Shown here piece after piece: positions 1-13,500 of a stretch of 64,000 nucleotides of DNA. Location: the NCBI GenBank assembly GCA_043228905.1, contig JBHGNT010000125.1:8953-72952 (forward strand), in the 5' to 3' direction. The translations under genes were made by a program, and so were the position numbers. Position 1 is the first letter of the stretch. The number at the start of each line of letters is the position of its first letter. Below the pieces are notes generated by a model, which was not told the origin of the DNA, ran no database searches, and saw only the letters and a program-made list of their open reading frames with translations. The DNA comes from Azolla caroliniana (Eukaryota; Plantae; Polypodiophyta).

Positions 1-3000
1 AACATACGAATCGAAGCTAACAACGTTACCTATGATATGGAATTTAAAAATCAAGATTTTAAAACTTAGGTCGAGAGACATGAAGAAATTAGTAAATTCG
101 AGCCGGGAGTTGAGAAGAAGGCGTGAGTAAATTAAAATGTTCATACTTGGCCCATTCGAAATCGGATTTTAGTGTTCAAACATACGAATCGAAGCTAACA
201 ACGCTAGCTATGATATGGAATTACAAAATCCAGATTTTGAAACCCAGGTCAAGCGACATGACGAAATTACCAAATTTCAGGAGGGAGTTGAGAATAGCGC
301 GTGAGTAAGTGAAAATGTTCATACCTGGGCCGTGTGATATCGGATTTTTGTGTTCAAACATTCGAATCGAAGCTAACAACGCTAGCTATGATATGGAATT
401 AAAAAATCCAGATTTTGACACTCAGGTCGAGAGACATGACGAAATTACCAAATTTGAGGAGGGAGTTGAGAACAGCGCGTGAGTAAGTTAAAATGTTGAT
501 ACCTGGACCGTGTGATCTCGGATTTTTGTGGACAAACATTCGAATCGAAGATAACAACGTTACCTATGCTATGGAATTACAAAATCAAGATTTTGAAACC
601 CAGGTCGAGAGACATGACGAAATTACCAAATTTGAGGAGGGAGTTGAGAAGAGCGCGTGCGTAAGGTAAAATGTTCATACCTGGCCCTTGTGATATCGGA
701 TTTTTGTGTTCAAACATTCGAATCGAAGCTAACAACGTTACCTATGATATGGAATTTAAAAATCAAGATTTTAAAACTCAGGTCGAGAGACATGAAGAAA
801 TTAGTAAATTCGAGGAGGGAGTTGAGAAGAACCGTGAGTAAATTAAAATGTTCATACCTGGCCCATTCGATATCGGATTTTGGTGTTCAAACATGCGAAT
901 CGAAGTTAACAACGCTAGCTATCATATGAAATTACAAAATCCAAATTTTGAAATTCAGGTCGAGAGACATGACGAAATTACCAAATTTGAGCAGGGAGTT
1001 GAGAATAGCGCGTGAGTAAGTGAAAATGTTCATACCTGGGCCGTGTGATATCGGATTTTTGTGTTCAAACATTCGAATCGAAGCTAACAACGCTAGCTAT
1101 GATATTGAATTAAAAAATCCAGATTTTGACACTCAGGTCAAGAGACATGAGGAAATTACCAAATTTAAGGAGGGAGTTGAGAAGAGCGCGTGCGTAAATT
1201 TAAATGTTCATACCTGGCTCGTGTGATATCGGATTTCTGTGTTCAAATATGCGAATCGAAGCTAACAACGTTACCTATTATATGGAATTAGAAAATCAAG
1301 ATTTTGAAACTCAGTTCGGGAGACATGACGAAATTACCAAATTTGAGGAGGGAGTTGAGAACAGCGCGTGATAAAATTAAAATGTTCATACCTGGCCCGT
1401 GTGATATCCGATTTTGGTGTTCAAACATGCGAATCGAAGCTAACAACGCTAGTTATGATATGGAATTATAAAATCCAGATTTTGAAACTCAGGTCGAGAA
1501 ACATGACGAAATTACGAAATTTGAGGAGGGAGTTGACAATAGCGCGTGAGTAAATTAAAATGTTCATACCTAGCCAGTGTGATATCAGATTTTTGTGTTC
1601 AAACATGCGAATCGAAGCTAACAACGCTACCTATGATATGGAATTAAAAAATCCAGATTTCAAAACCCAGGTCGAGAGACATGACGAAATTACCAAATTT
1701 GAGGAGGGAGTTGAGAATAGCGCGTAAGTAAGTTAAAATGGTCATACCTGGCCCGTGTGATATCCGATTTCTGTGTTCAAACATTCGAATCGAAGCTAAC
1801 AATGTTACTTATGATATGGAATTAGAAAATCAAGATTTTGAAACTCAGTTCGAGAGACATGACGAAATTACCAAATTAGAGGAGGGAGTTGAGAAGAGCG
1901 CGTGAGTATGTTAAAATGTTCATACCTGGCCCTTGTGATATCGGATTTTTGTGTTCAAACATTCGAATCGAAGCTAACAACGTTACCTATGATATGGAAT
2001 TTAAAAATCAAGATTTTAAAACTCAGGTCGAGAGACATGAAGTAATTAGTAAATTCGAGGAGAGAGTTGAGAAGAAGGCGTGAGTAAATTAAAATGTTCA
2101 TACCTGGCCCATTCGATATCGGATTTTGGTGTTCAAACATGCGAATCGAAGCTAACAACGCTAGCTATCATATGGAATTACAAAATCCAAATTTTGAAAT
2201 TCAGGTCGAGAAACATGACGAAATTACCAAATTTGAGGAGGGAGTTGAGAATAGCGCGTGAGTAAATTTAAATGTTCATACCTGGCCCGTGTGATATCGG
2301 ATTTTTGTGTTCAAACTTGCGAATCGAAGCTAACAACGCTACCTATGATATGGAATTAAAAAATCAAGATTTTGAAACTCAGTTCAAGAGACATGACGAA
2401 ATTACCAAATTAGAGGAGGGAGTTGAGAAGAGCGCGTGAGTATGTTAAAATATTCATACCTGGCCCTTGTGATATCGGATTTTTGTGTTCAAACATTCAA
2501 ATCGAAGCTAACAACGTTACCTATAATATGGAATTTAAAAATCAAGATTTTGAAACTCAGTTCGGGAGACCTGACGAAATTACCAAATTTGAGAAGGGAG
2601 TTGAGAACAGCGTGTGATAAAATTAAAATGTTCATACCTGGCCCGTGTGATATCCGATTTTGGTGTTCAAACATGCGAATCGAAGCTAACAACGCTAGTT
2701 ATGATATGGAATTACAAAATCCAGATTTTGAAACTCAGGTCGAGAAACATGACGAAATTACCAAATTAGAGGAGGGAGTTCAGAAGAGCGCGTGAGTAAG
2801 TTAAAATGTTCATACCTGGCCCGTGTGATATCGGATTTTGGTTTTCAAACATGTGAATCGAAGCTAACAACGTTACGTATGATATGGAATTAAAAAATCA
2901 AGATTTTGAAACTCAGTTCGAGAGACATGACGAAATTACCAAATTTGAGGAGGGAGTTGAGAACAGCGCGTGATAAAATTAAAGTGTTCATACCTGGCCC

Positions 3001-6000
3001 GTGTGATATCGGATTTTTGTGTTCAAACATTCGAATCGAATCTAACGACGTTACCGATGATATGGAATTAAAAAATCAAGATTTTGAAACTCAGGTCGAG
3101 ACACATGAAGTAATTAGTAAATTCGAGGAGGGAGTTGAGAAGAAGGCGTGAGTAAATTAAAATGTTCATACCTGGCCCATTCGATATCGGATTTTGGTGT
3201 TCAAACATGCGAATCGAAGTTAACAACGCTAGCTATCATATTGAATTACAAAATCCAAATTTTGAAATTCAGGTCGAGAGACATGACGAAATTACCAAAT
3301 TTGAGCAGGGAGTTGAGAATAGCGCGTGAGTAAGTGAAAATGTTCATACCTGGGCCGTGTGATATAGGATTTTTGTGTTCAAACATTCGAATCGAAGCTA
3401 ACAACGCTAGCTATGATATGGAATTAAAAAATCCAGATTTTGACACTCAGGTCGAGAGACATGACGAAATTACCAAATTTGAGGAGGGAGTTGAGAAGAG
3501 CGTGTGCGTAAATTTAAATGTTCATACCTGGCTCGTGTGATATCGGATTTTTGTGTTCAAATATGCGAATCGAAGCTAACAACGTTACCTATTATATGGA
3601 ATTAGAAAATCAAGATTTTGAAACTCAGCTCGGGAGACCTGACGAAATTACCAAATTTGAGGAGGGAGTTGAGAACAGCGTGTGATAAAATTAAAATGTT
3701 CATACCTGGCCCGTGTGATATCCGATTTTGGTGTTCAAACATGCGAATCGAAGCTAACAACGCTAGTTATGATATGGAATTACAAAATCCAGATTTTGAA
3801 ACTCAGGTCGAGAAACATGACGAAATTACGAAATTTGAGGAGGGAGTTGACAATAGCGCGTGAGTAAATTAAAATGTTCATACCTAGCCAGTGTGATATC
3901 AGATTTTTGTGTTCAAACATGCGAATCGAAGCTAACAACGCTACCTATGATATGGAATTAAAAAATCCAGATTTCGAGACCCAGGTCGAGAGACATGACG
4001 AAATTACCAAATTTGAGGAGGGAGTTGAGAATAGCGCGTAAGTAAGTTAAAATGTTCATACCTGGCCCGTGTGATATCCGATTTCTGTGTTCAAACATTC
4101 GAATCGAAGCTAACAATGTTACTTATGATATGGAATTAGAAAATCAAGATTTTGAAACTCAGTTCGAGAGACATGACGAAATTACCAAATTAGAGGAGGG
4201 AGTTGAGAAGAGCGCGTGAGTATGTTAAAATGTTCATACCTGGCCCTTGTGATATCCGATTTTGGTGTTCAAACATTCGAATCGAATCTAACGACGTTAC
4301 CGATGATATGGAATTAAAAAATTAAGATTTTGGAACTCAGGTCGAGAGACATGAAGAAATTAGTAAATTCGAGGAGGGAGTTGAGAAGAAGGCGTGAGTA
4401 AATTAAAATGTTCATACGTGGCCCATTCGATATCGGATTTTGGTGTTCAAACATGCGAATCGAAGCTAACAACGCTAGCTATCATATGGAATTACAAAAT
4501 CCAAATTTTGAAATTCAGGTCGAGAGACATGACGAAATTACCAAATTTGAGCAGGGAGTTGAGAATAGCGCGTGAGTAAGTGAAAATGTTCATACCTGGG
4601 CCGTGTGATATCGGATTTTTGTGTTCAAACATTCGAATCGAAGCTAACAACGCTACCTATGATATGGAATTAAAAAATCCAGATTTTGATACTCAGGTCG
4701 AGAGACATGACGAAATTACCAAATTTGAGGAGGGAGTTGAGAAGAGCGCGTGCGTAAATTTAAATGTTCATACCTGGCTCGTGTGATATCGGATTTTTGT
4801 GTTCAAATATGCGAATCGAAGCTAACAACGTTACCTATTATATGGAATTAGAAAATCAAGATTTTGAAACTCAGTTCGGGAGACATGACAAAATTACCAA
4901 ATTTGAGGAGGGAGTTGAGAATAGCGCGTGAGTAAGTTAAAATGTTCATACCTGGCCCGTGTGATATCCGATTTTGGTGTTCAAACATGCGAATCGAAGC
5001 TAACAACGCTAGTTATGATATGGAATTACAAAATCTAGATTTTGAAACTCAGGTCGAGAAACATGACGAAATTACGAAATTTGAGGAGGGAGTTGACAAT
5101 AGCACGTGAGTAAATTAAAATGTTCATACCTAGCCAGTGTGATATCAGATTTTTGTGTTCAAACATGCGAATCGAAGCTAACAACGCTACCTATGATATG
5201 GAATTAAAAAATCAAAATTTTGAAACTCAGTTCGAGAGACATGACGAAATTACCAAATTTGAGGAGGGAGTTGAGAACAGCGCGTGATAAAATTAAAATG
5301 TTCTTACCTGGCCCGTGTGATATCCGATTTTGGTGTTCAAACATTCGAATCGAAGCTAACAACGCTAGTTATGATATGGAATTACAAAATCCAGATTTTG
5401 AAACTCAGGTCGAGAAACAGGACGAAATTACGAAATTTGAGGAGGGAGTTGACAATAGCGCGTGAGTATGTTAAAATGTTCATACCTGGCCCTTGTGATA
5501 TCGGATTTTTGTGTTCAAACATTCGAATCGAAGCTAACAACGTTACCTATGATATGGAATTTAAAAATCAAGATTTTAAAACTCAGGTCGACAGACATGA
5601 AGAAATTAGTAAATTCGATGAGGGAGTTGAGAAGAAGGCGTGAGTAAATTAAAATGTTCATACCTGGCCCATTCGATATCGGATTTTGGTGTTCAAACAT
5701 GCGAATCGAAGCTAACAACGCTAGCTATGATATGGAATTACAAAATCCAGATTTTGACACTCAGGTCAAGAGACATGACGAAATTACCAAATTTAAGGAG
5801 GGAGTTGAGAATAGCGCGTGAGTAAATTTAAATGGTCATACCTGGCTCGTGTGATATCGGATTTTTGTATTCAAACATGCGAATCGAAGCTAACAACGTT
5901 ACCTATTATATGGAATTAGAAAATCAAGATTTTGAAACTCAGTTCGGGAGACATGACGAAATTATCAAATTTGAGGAGGGAGTTGAGATGAGCGCGTGAG

Positions 6001-7597
6001 TAAGTTAAAATGTTCATACCTGGACCGTGTGATATCCGATTTTTGTGTTCAAACATTCGAATCGAATCTAACGACGTTACCGATGATATGGAATTAAAAA
6101 ATTAAGATTTTGGAACTCAGGTCGAGAGACATGAAGTAATTAGTAAATTCGAGGAGGGAGTTGAGACGAAGGCGTGAGTAAATTAAAATGTTCATACCTG
6201 GCCCATTCGATATCGGATTTTGGTGTTCAAACATGCGAATCGAAGCTAACAACGCTAGCTATGATATGGAATTAAAAAATCCAGATTTTGACACTCAGGT
6301 CGAGAGACATGACGAAATTACCAAATTTGTGGAGGGAGTTGAGAAGAGCGCGTGCGTAAATTTAAATGTTCATACCTGGCTCGTGTGATATCGGATTTTT
6401 GTGTTCAAATATTCGAATCGAAGCTAACAACATTACCTATGATATGGAATTAAAAAATCCAGATCGAGAGACATCACGAAATTACCAAATTTGAGGAGAG
6501 AGTTGAGAAGAAGGCGTGAGTAAATTAAAATGTTCATACCTGGCCCATTCGATATCTATGATATGGGATTAGAAAATCAAGATTTTGAAACTCAGTTCGC
6601 GAGACATGACGAAATTACCAAATTTGAGGAGGGAGTTGAAAACAGCGCGTGAGTAAGTTAAAATGTTGATACCTGGACCGTGTTATCTCGGATTTTTGTG
6701 GTCAAACATTCGAATCGAAGCTAACAACGTTGCCTATGATATGGAATTGCAAAATCAAGATTTTGAAACCCAGGTCGAGAGACATGACGAAATTACCAAA
6801 TTTGAGGAGGGAGTTGAGAAGAGCGCGTGCGTATGTTAAAATGCTCATACCTGGACCGTGTGATATCCGATTTTTGTGTTCAAACATTCGAATCGAATCT
6901 AACGACGTTACCGATGATATGGAATTAAAAAATTAAGATTTTGGAACTCAGGTCGAGAGACATGAAGTAATTAGTAAATTCGAGGAGGGAGTTGAGAAGA
7001 AGGCGTGAGTAAATTAAAATGTTCATACCTGGCCCATTCGATATCGGATTTTGGTGTTCAAACATGCGAATCGAAGTTAACAACGCTAGCTATCATATGG
7101 AATTACAAAATACAAATTTTGAAATTCAGGTCGAGAGACATGTCGAAATTACCAAATTTGAGCAGGGAGTTGAGAATAGCGCGTGAGTAAGTGAAAATGT
7201 TCATACCTGGGCCGTGTGATATCGGATTTTTGTGTTCAAACATTCGAATCGAAGCTAACAACGCTAGCTATGATATGGAATTAAGAAATCCAGATTTTGA
7301 CACTCAGGTCGAGAGACATGACGAAATTACCAAATTTGAGGAGGGAGTTGAGAAGAGCGCGTGCGTAAATTTAAATGTTCATACCTGGCTCGTGTGATAT
7401 CGGATTTTTGTGTTCAAATATGCGAATCGAAGCTAACAACGTTACCTATTATATGGAATTAGAAAATCAAGATTTTGAAACTCAGTTCGGGAGACATGAC
7501 AAAATTACCAAATTTGAGGAGGGAGTTGAGAAGCGCACGTCAGTATGTTAAAATGTTCATTCCTGGCTCGTGTGATATCGGATTTTTGTGTTCAAAC
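1..7597 (+). repeat. Satellite domain 1, forward orientation (about 43 monomers, open at the window start)
   Basis: Monomers read ...GAGGAGGGAGTTGAG... on the + strand until TTCAAAC at 7591-7597. Confidence 0.97.
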
Positions 7598-7912
7598 CCT
7601 CCCTCATCGAATTTACTAATTTCTTCATGTCTGTCGACCTGAGTTTTAAAATCTTGATTTTTAAATTCCATATCATAGGTAACGTTGTTAGCTTCGATTC
7701 GAATGTTTGAACACAAAAATCCGATATCACAAGGGCCAGGTATGAACATTTTAACATACTCACGCGCTCTATATCATAGGTAGCGTTGTTAGCTTCGATT
7801 CGAATGTTTGAACACAAAAATCCGATATCACACGAGCCAGGAATGAACATTTTAACATACTGACGTGCGCTTCTCAACTCCCTCCTCAAATTTGGTAATT
7901 TTGTCATGTCTC
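7491..7912. repeat. Perfect 107-bp inverted repeat (7491-7597 / 7806-7912) with a 208-bp spacer at inversion junction 1
   Basis: Both arms carry the rare variant AAGCGCACGTCAGTATG...TTCATTCCTGGCTCG; base-by-base reverse-complement match. Confidence 0.9.
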
Positions 7913-10564
7913 TCGACCTGAGTTCCAAAATCTTAATTTTTTAATTCCATATCATCGGTAACGTCGTTAGATTCGATTCAAATGTTTGAACACAAAAATC
8001 GGATATCACACGGGCCAGGTATGAACATTTTTACTTACTCACGCGCTCTTCTCAACTCCCTCCTCAAATTTGGTAATTTCGTCATGTCGCTTGACCTGGG
8101 TTTCAAAATCTGGATTTTGTAATTCCATATCATAGCTAGAGTTGTTAGCTTCGATTCGTATGTTTGAACACTAAAATCCGATATCGAATGGGCCAGGTAT
8201 GAACATTTTAATTTACTCACGCCTTCTTCTCAACTCCCGGCTCGAATTTACTAATTTCTTCATGTCTCTCGACCTAAGTTTCAAAATCTTGATTTTTAAA
8301 TTCCATATCATAGGTAACGTAGTTAGCTTCGATTCGTATGTTTGAACACAAAAATCCGATATCACACGGGCCAGGTATGAACATTTTAAGTTACTCACGC
8401 GCTCTTCTAAACTCCCTCCTCCAATTTGGTAATTTCGTCATGTCTCTCGAACTGAGTTTCAAAATCTTGATTTTTTAATTCCATATCATAACTAGCGTTG
8501 TTAGCTTCGATTCGCAAGTTTGAACACCAAAATCCGATATCACACGGGCCAAGTATGAACATTTTAACTTACGCACGCGCTCTTCTCAACTCCCTCCTCA
8601 AAGTTGGTAATTTCGTCATGTTTCTTGAACTTAGTTTCAAAATCTTGATTTTTTAATTCCATATCATACGTAACGTTGTTAGCTCCGATTCACATGTTTG
8701 AACACCAAAATCCGATATCACACGGGCTAGGTATGAACATTTTAACTTACGCACGCGCTCTTCTCAACTCCCTCCTCAAATTTGGTAATTTCGTCATGTC
8801 TCTCGACCTGGGTTTCAAAATCTTGATTTTGTAATTCCATAGCATAGGTAACGTTGTTATCTTCGATTCGAATGTTTGTCCACAGAAATCCGAGATCACA
8901 CGGTCCAGGTATCAACATTTTAACTTACTCACGCGCTGTTCTCAACTCCCTCCTCAAATTTGGTAATTTCGTCATGTCTCTCGACCTGAGTGTCAAAATC
9001 TGGATTTTTTAATTCCATATCATAGCTAGCGTTGTTAGCTTCGATTCGAATGTTTGAACACAAAAATCCGATATCACACGGCCCAGGTATGAACATTTTC
9101 ACTTACTCACGCGCTATTCTCAACTCCCTCCTGAAATTTGGTAATTTCGTTATGTCGCTTGACCTGGGTTTCAAAATCTGGATTTTGTAATTCCATATCA
9201 TAGCTAGCGTTGTTAGCTTCGATTCGTATGTTTGAACACTAAAATCCGATTTCGAATGGGCCAGGTATGAACATTTTAATTTACTCACGCCTTCTTCTCA
9301 ACTCCCGGCTCGAATTTACTAATTTCTTCATGTCTCTCGACCTAAGTTTCAAAATCTTGATTTTTAAATTCCATATCATAGGTAACGTTGTTAGCTTCGA
9401 TTCGTATGTTTGAACACAAAAATCTGATATCACACTGGCTAGGTATGAACATTTTAATTTACTCACGCGCTATTGTCAACTCCCTCCTCAAATTTCGTAA
9501 TTTCGTCATGTTTCTCGACCTGAGTTTCAAAATCTGGATTTTGTAATTCCATATCATAACTAGCGTTGTTAGCTTCGATTCGCATGTTTGAACACCAAAA
9601 TCGGATATCACACGGGCCAGGTAAGAACATTTTAATTTTATCACGCGCTGTTCTCAACTCCCTCCTCAAATTTGGTAATTTCGTCATGTCTCTCGAACTG
9701 AGTTTCAAAATTTTGATTTTTTAATTCCATATCATAGGTAGCGTTGTTAGCTTCGATTCGCATGTTTGAACACAAAAATCTGATATCACACTGGCTAGGT
9801 ATGAACATTTTAATTTACTCACGCGCTATTGTCAACTCCCTCAAATTTCGTAATTTCGTCATGTTTCTCGACCTGAGTTTCAAAATCTGGATTTTGTAAT
9901 TCCATATCATAACTAGCGTTGTTAGCTTCGATTCGCATGTTTGAACACCAAAATCCGATATCACACGGGCCAGGTATGAACATTTTAACTTACTCACGCG
10001 CTATTCTCAACTCCCTCCTCAAATTTGGTAATTTTGTCATGTCTCCCGAACTGAGTTTCAAAATCTTGATTTTCTAATGCCATATAATAGGTAACGTTGT
10101 TAGCTTCGATTCGCATATTTGAACACAAAAATCCGATATCACACGAGCCAGGTATGAACATTTAAATTTACGCACGCGCTCTTCTCAACTCCCTCCTCAA
10201 ATTTGGTAATTTCGTCATGTCTCTCGACCTGAGTATCAAAATCTGGATTTTTTAATTCCATATCATAGCTAGCGTTGTTAGCTTCGATTCGAATGTTTGA
10301 ACACAAAAATCCGATATCACACGGCCCAGGTATGAACATTTTCACTTACTCACGCGCTATTCTCAACTCCCTGCTCAAATTTGGTAATTTCGTCATGTCT
10401 CTCGACCTGAATTTCAAAATTTGGATTTTGTAATTCCATATGATAGCTAGCGTTGTTAGCTTCGATTCGCATGTTTGAACACCAAAATCCGATATCGAAT
10501 GGGCCAGGTATGAACATTTTAATTTACTCACGCCTTCTTCTCAACTCCCTCCTCGAATTTACTA

Positions 10565-13500
10565 ATTACTTCATGTCTCTCGACCTGAGTTCCAAAATCT
10601 TAATTTTTTAATTCCATATCATCGGTAACGTCGTTAGATTCGATTCGAATGTTTGAACACAAAAATCGGATATCACAAGGGCCAGGTATGAACATTTTAA
10701 CATACTCACGCGCTCTTCTCAACTCCCTCCTCTAATTTGGTAATTTCGTCATGTCTCTCGAACTGAGTTTCAAAATCTTGATTTTCTAATTCCATATCAT
10801 AAGTAACATTGTTAGCTTCGATTCGAATGTTTGAACACAGAAATCGGATATCACACGGGCCAGGTATGAACATTTTAACTTACTTACGCGCTATTCTCAA
10901 CTCCCTCCTCAAATTTGGTAATTTCGTCATGTCTCTCGACCTGGGTTTCGAAATCTGGATTTTTTAATTCCATATCATAGGTAGCGTTGTTAGCTTCGAT
11001 TCGCATGTTTGAACACAAAAATCTGATATCACACTGGCTAGGTATGAACATTTTAATTTACTCACGCGCTATTGTCAACTCCCTCCTCAAATTTCGTAAT
11101 TTCGTCATGTTTCTCGACCTGAGTTTCAAAATCTGGATTTTGTAATTCCATATCATAACTAGCGTTGTTAGCTTCGATTCTCATGTTTGAACACCAAAAT
11201 CCGATATCACACGGGCCAGGTATGAACATTTTAATTTTATCACGCGCTGTTCTCAACTCCCTCCTCAAATTTGGTAATTTCGTCATGTCTCCCGAACTGA
11301 GTTTCAAAATCTTGATTTTCTAATTCCATATAATAGGTAACGTTGTTAGCTTCGATTCGCATATTTGAACACAGAAATCCGATATCACACGAGCCAGGTA
11401 TGAACATTTAAATTTACGCACACGCTCTTCTCAACTCCCTCCTCAAATTTGGTAATTTCGTCATGTCTCTCGACCTGAGTGTCAAAATCTAGATTTTTTA
11501 ATTCCATATCATAGCTAGCGTTGTTAGCTTCGATTCGAATGTTTGAACACAAAAATCCGATATCACACGGCCCAGGTATGAACATTTTCACTTACTCACG
11601 CGCTATTCTCAACTCCCTGCTCAAATTTGGTAATTTCGTCATGTCTCTCGACCTGAATTTCAAAATTTGGATTTTGTAATTCAATATGATAGCTAGCGTT
11701 GTTAACTTCGATTCGCATGTTTGAACACCAAAATCCGATATCGAATGGGCCAGGTATGAACATTTTAATTTACTCACGCCTTCTTCTCAACTCCCTCCTC
11801 GAATTTACTAATTACTTCATGTGTCTCGACCTGAGTTTCAAAATCTTGATTTTTTAATTCCATATCATCGGTAACGTCGTTAGATTCGATTCGAATGTTT
11901 GAACACAAAAATCCGATATCACACAGGCCAGGTATGAACATTTTAATTTTATCACGCGCTGTTCTCAACTCCCTCCTCAAATTTGGTAATTTCGTCATGT
12001 CTCTCGAACTGAGTTTCAAAATCTTGATTTTTTTATTCCATATCATACGTAACGTTGTTAGCTTCGATTCACATGTTTGAAAACCAAAATCCGATATCAC
12101 ACGGGCCAGGTATGAACATTTTAACTTACTCACGCGCTCTTCTCAACTCCCTCCTCTAATTTGGTAATTTCGTCATGTTTCTCGACCTGAGTTTCAAAAT
12201 CTGGATTTTGTAATTCCATATCATAACTAGCGTTGTTAGCTTCGATTCGCATGTTTGAACACCAAAATCGGATATCACACGGGCCAGGTATGAACATTTT
12301 AATTTTATCACACGCTGTTCTCAACTCCCTCCTCAAATTTGGTAATTTCGTCATGTCTCCCGAACTGAGTTTCAAAATCTTGATTTTTAAATTCCATATC
12401 ATAGGTAACGTTGTTAGCTTCGATTTGAATGTTTGAACACAAAAATCCGATATCACAAGGGCCAGGTATGAATATTTTAACATACTCACGCGCTCTTCTC
12501 AACTCCCTCCTCTAATTTGGTAATTTCGTCATGTCTCTCGAACTGAGTTTCAAAATCTTGATTTTTTAATTCCATATCATAGGTAGCGTTGTTAGCTTCG
12601 ATTCGCAAGTTTGAACACAAAAATCCGATATCACACGGGCCAGGTATGAACATTTAAATTTACTCACGCGCTATTCTCAACTCCCTCCTCAAATTTGGTA
12701 ATTTCGTCATGTTTCTCGACCTAAATTTCAAAATTTGGATTTTGTAATTCCATATGATAGCTAGCGTTGTTAACTTCGATTCGCATGTTTGAACACCAAA
12801 ATCCGATATCGAATGGGCCAGGTATGAACATTTTAATTTACTCACGCCTTCTTCTCAACTCCCTCATCGAATTTACTAATTTCTTCATGTCTCTCGACCT
12901 AAGTTTCAAAATCTTGATTTTTTAATTCCATATCATAGGTAACGTTGTTAGCTTCGATTCGTATGTTTCAACACAAAAATCTGATATCACACTGGCTAGG
13001 TATGAACATTTTAATTTACTCACGCGCTATTGTCAACTCCCTCCTCAAATTTCGTAATTTCGTCATGTTTCTCGACCTGAGTTTCAAAATCTGGATTTTG
13101 TAATTCCATATCATAACTAGCGTTGTTAGCTTCGATTCGCATGTTTGAACACCAAAATCGGATATCACACGGGCCAGGTATGAACATTTTAATTTTATCA
13201 CGCGCTGTTCTCAACTCCCTCCTCAAATTTGGTAATTTCGTCATGTCTCTCGACCTGAGTTTCAAAATCTTGATTTTTAAATTCCATATGATAGGTAACG
13301 TTGTTAGCTTCGATTCGAATGTTTGAACACAAAAATCTAATATCACACTGGCTAGGTATGAACATTGTAATTTACTCACGCGCTATTGTCAACTCCCTCC
13401 TCAAATTTCGTAATTTCGTCATGTTTCTCGACCTGAGTTTCAAAATCTGGATTTTATAATTCCATATCATAACTAACGTTGTTAGCTTCGATTCGCATGT

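Noticed and set aside
7557-7928. Longer chimeric ORFs at junctions and deletions (also 14411-14803, 24942-25292)
   Set aside because: They arise by chance from frame fusion at deletions or strand switches.
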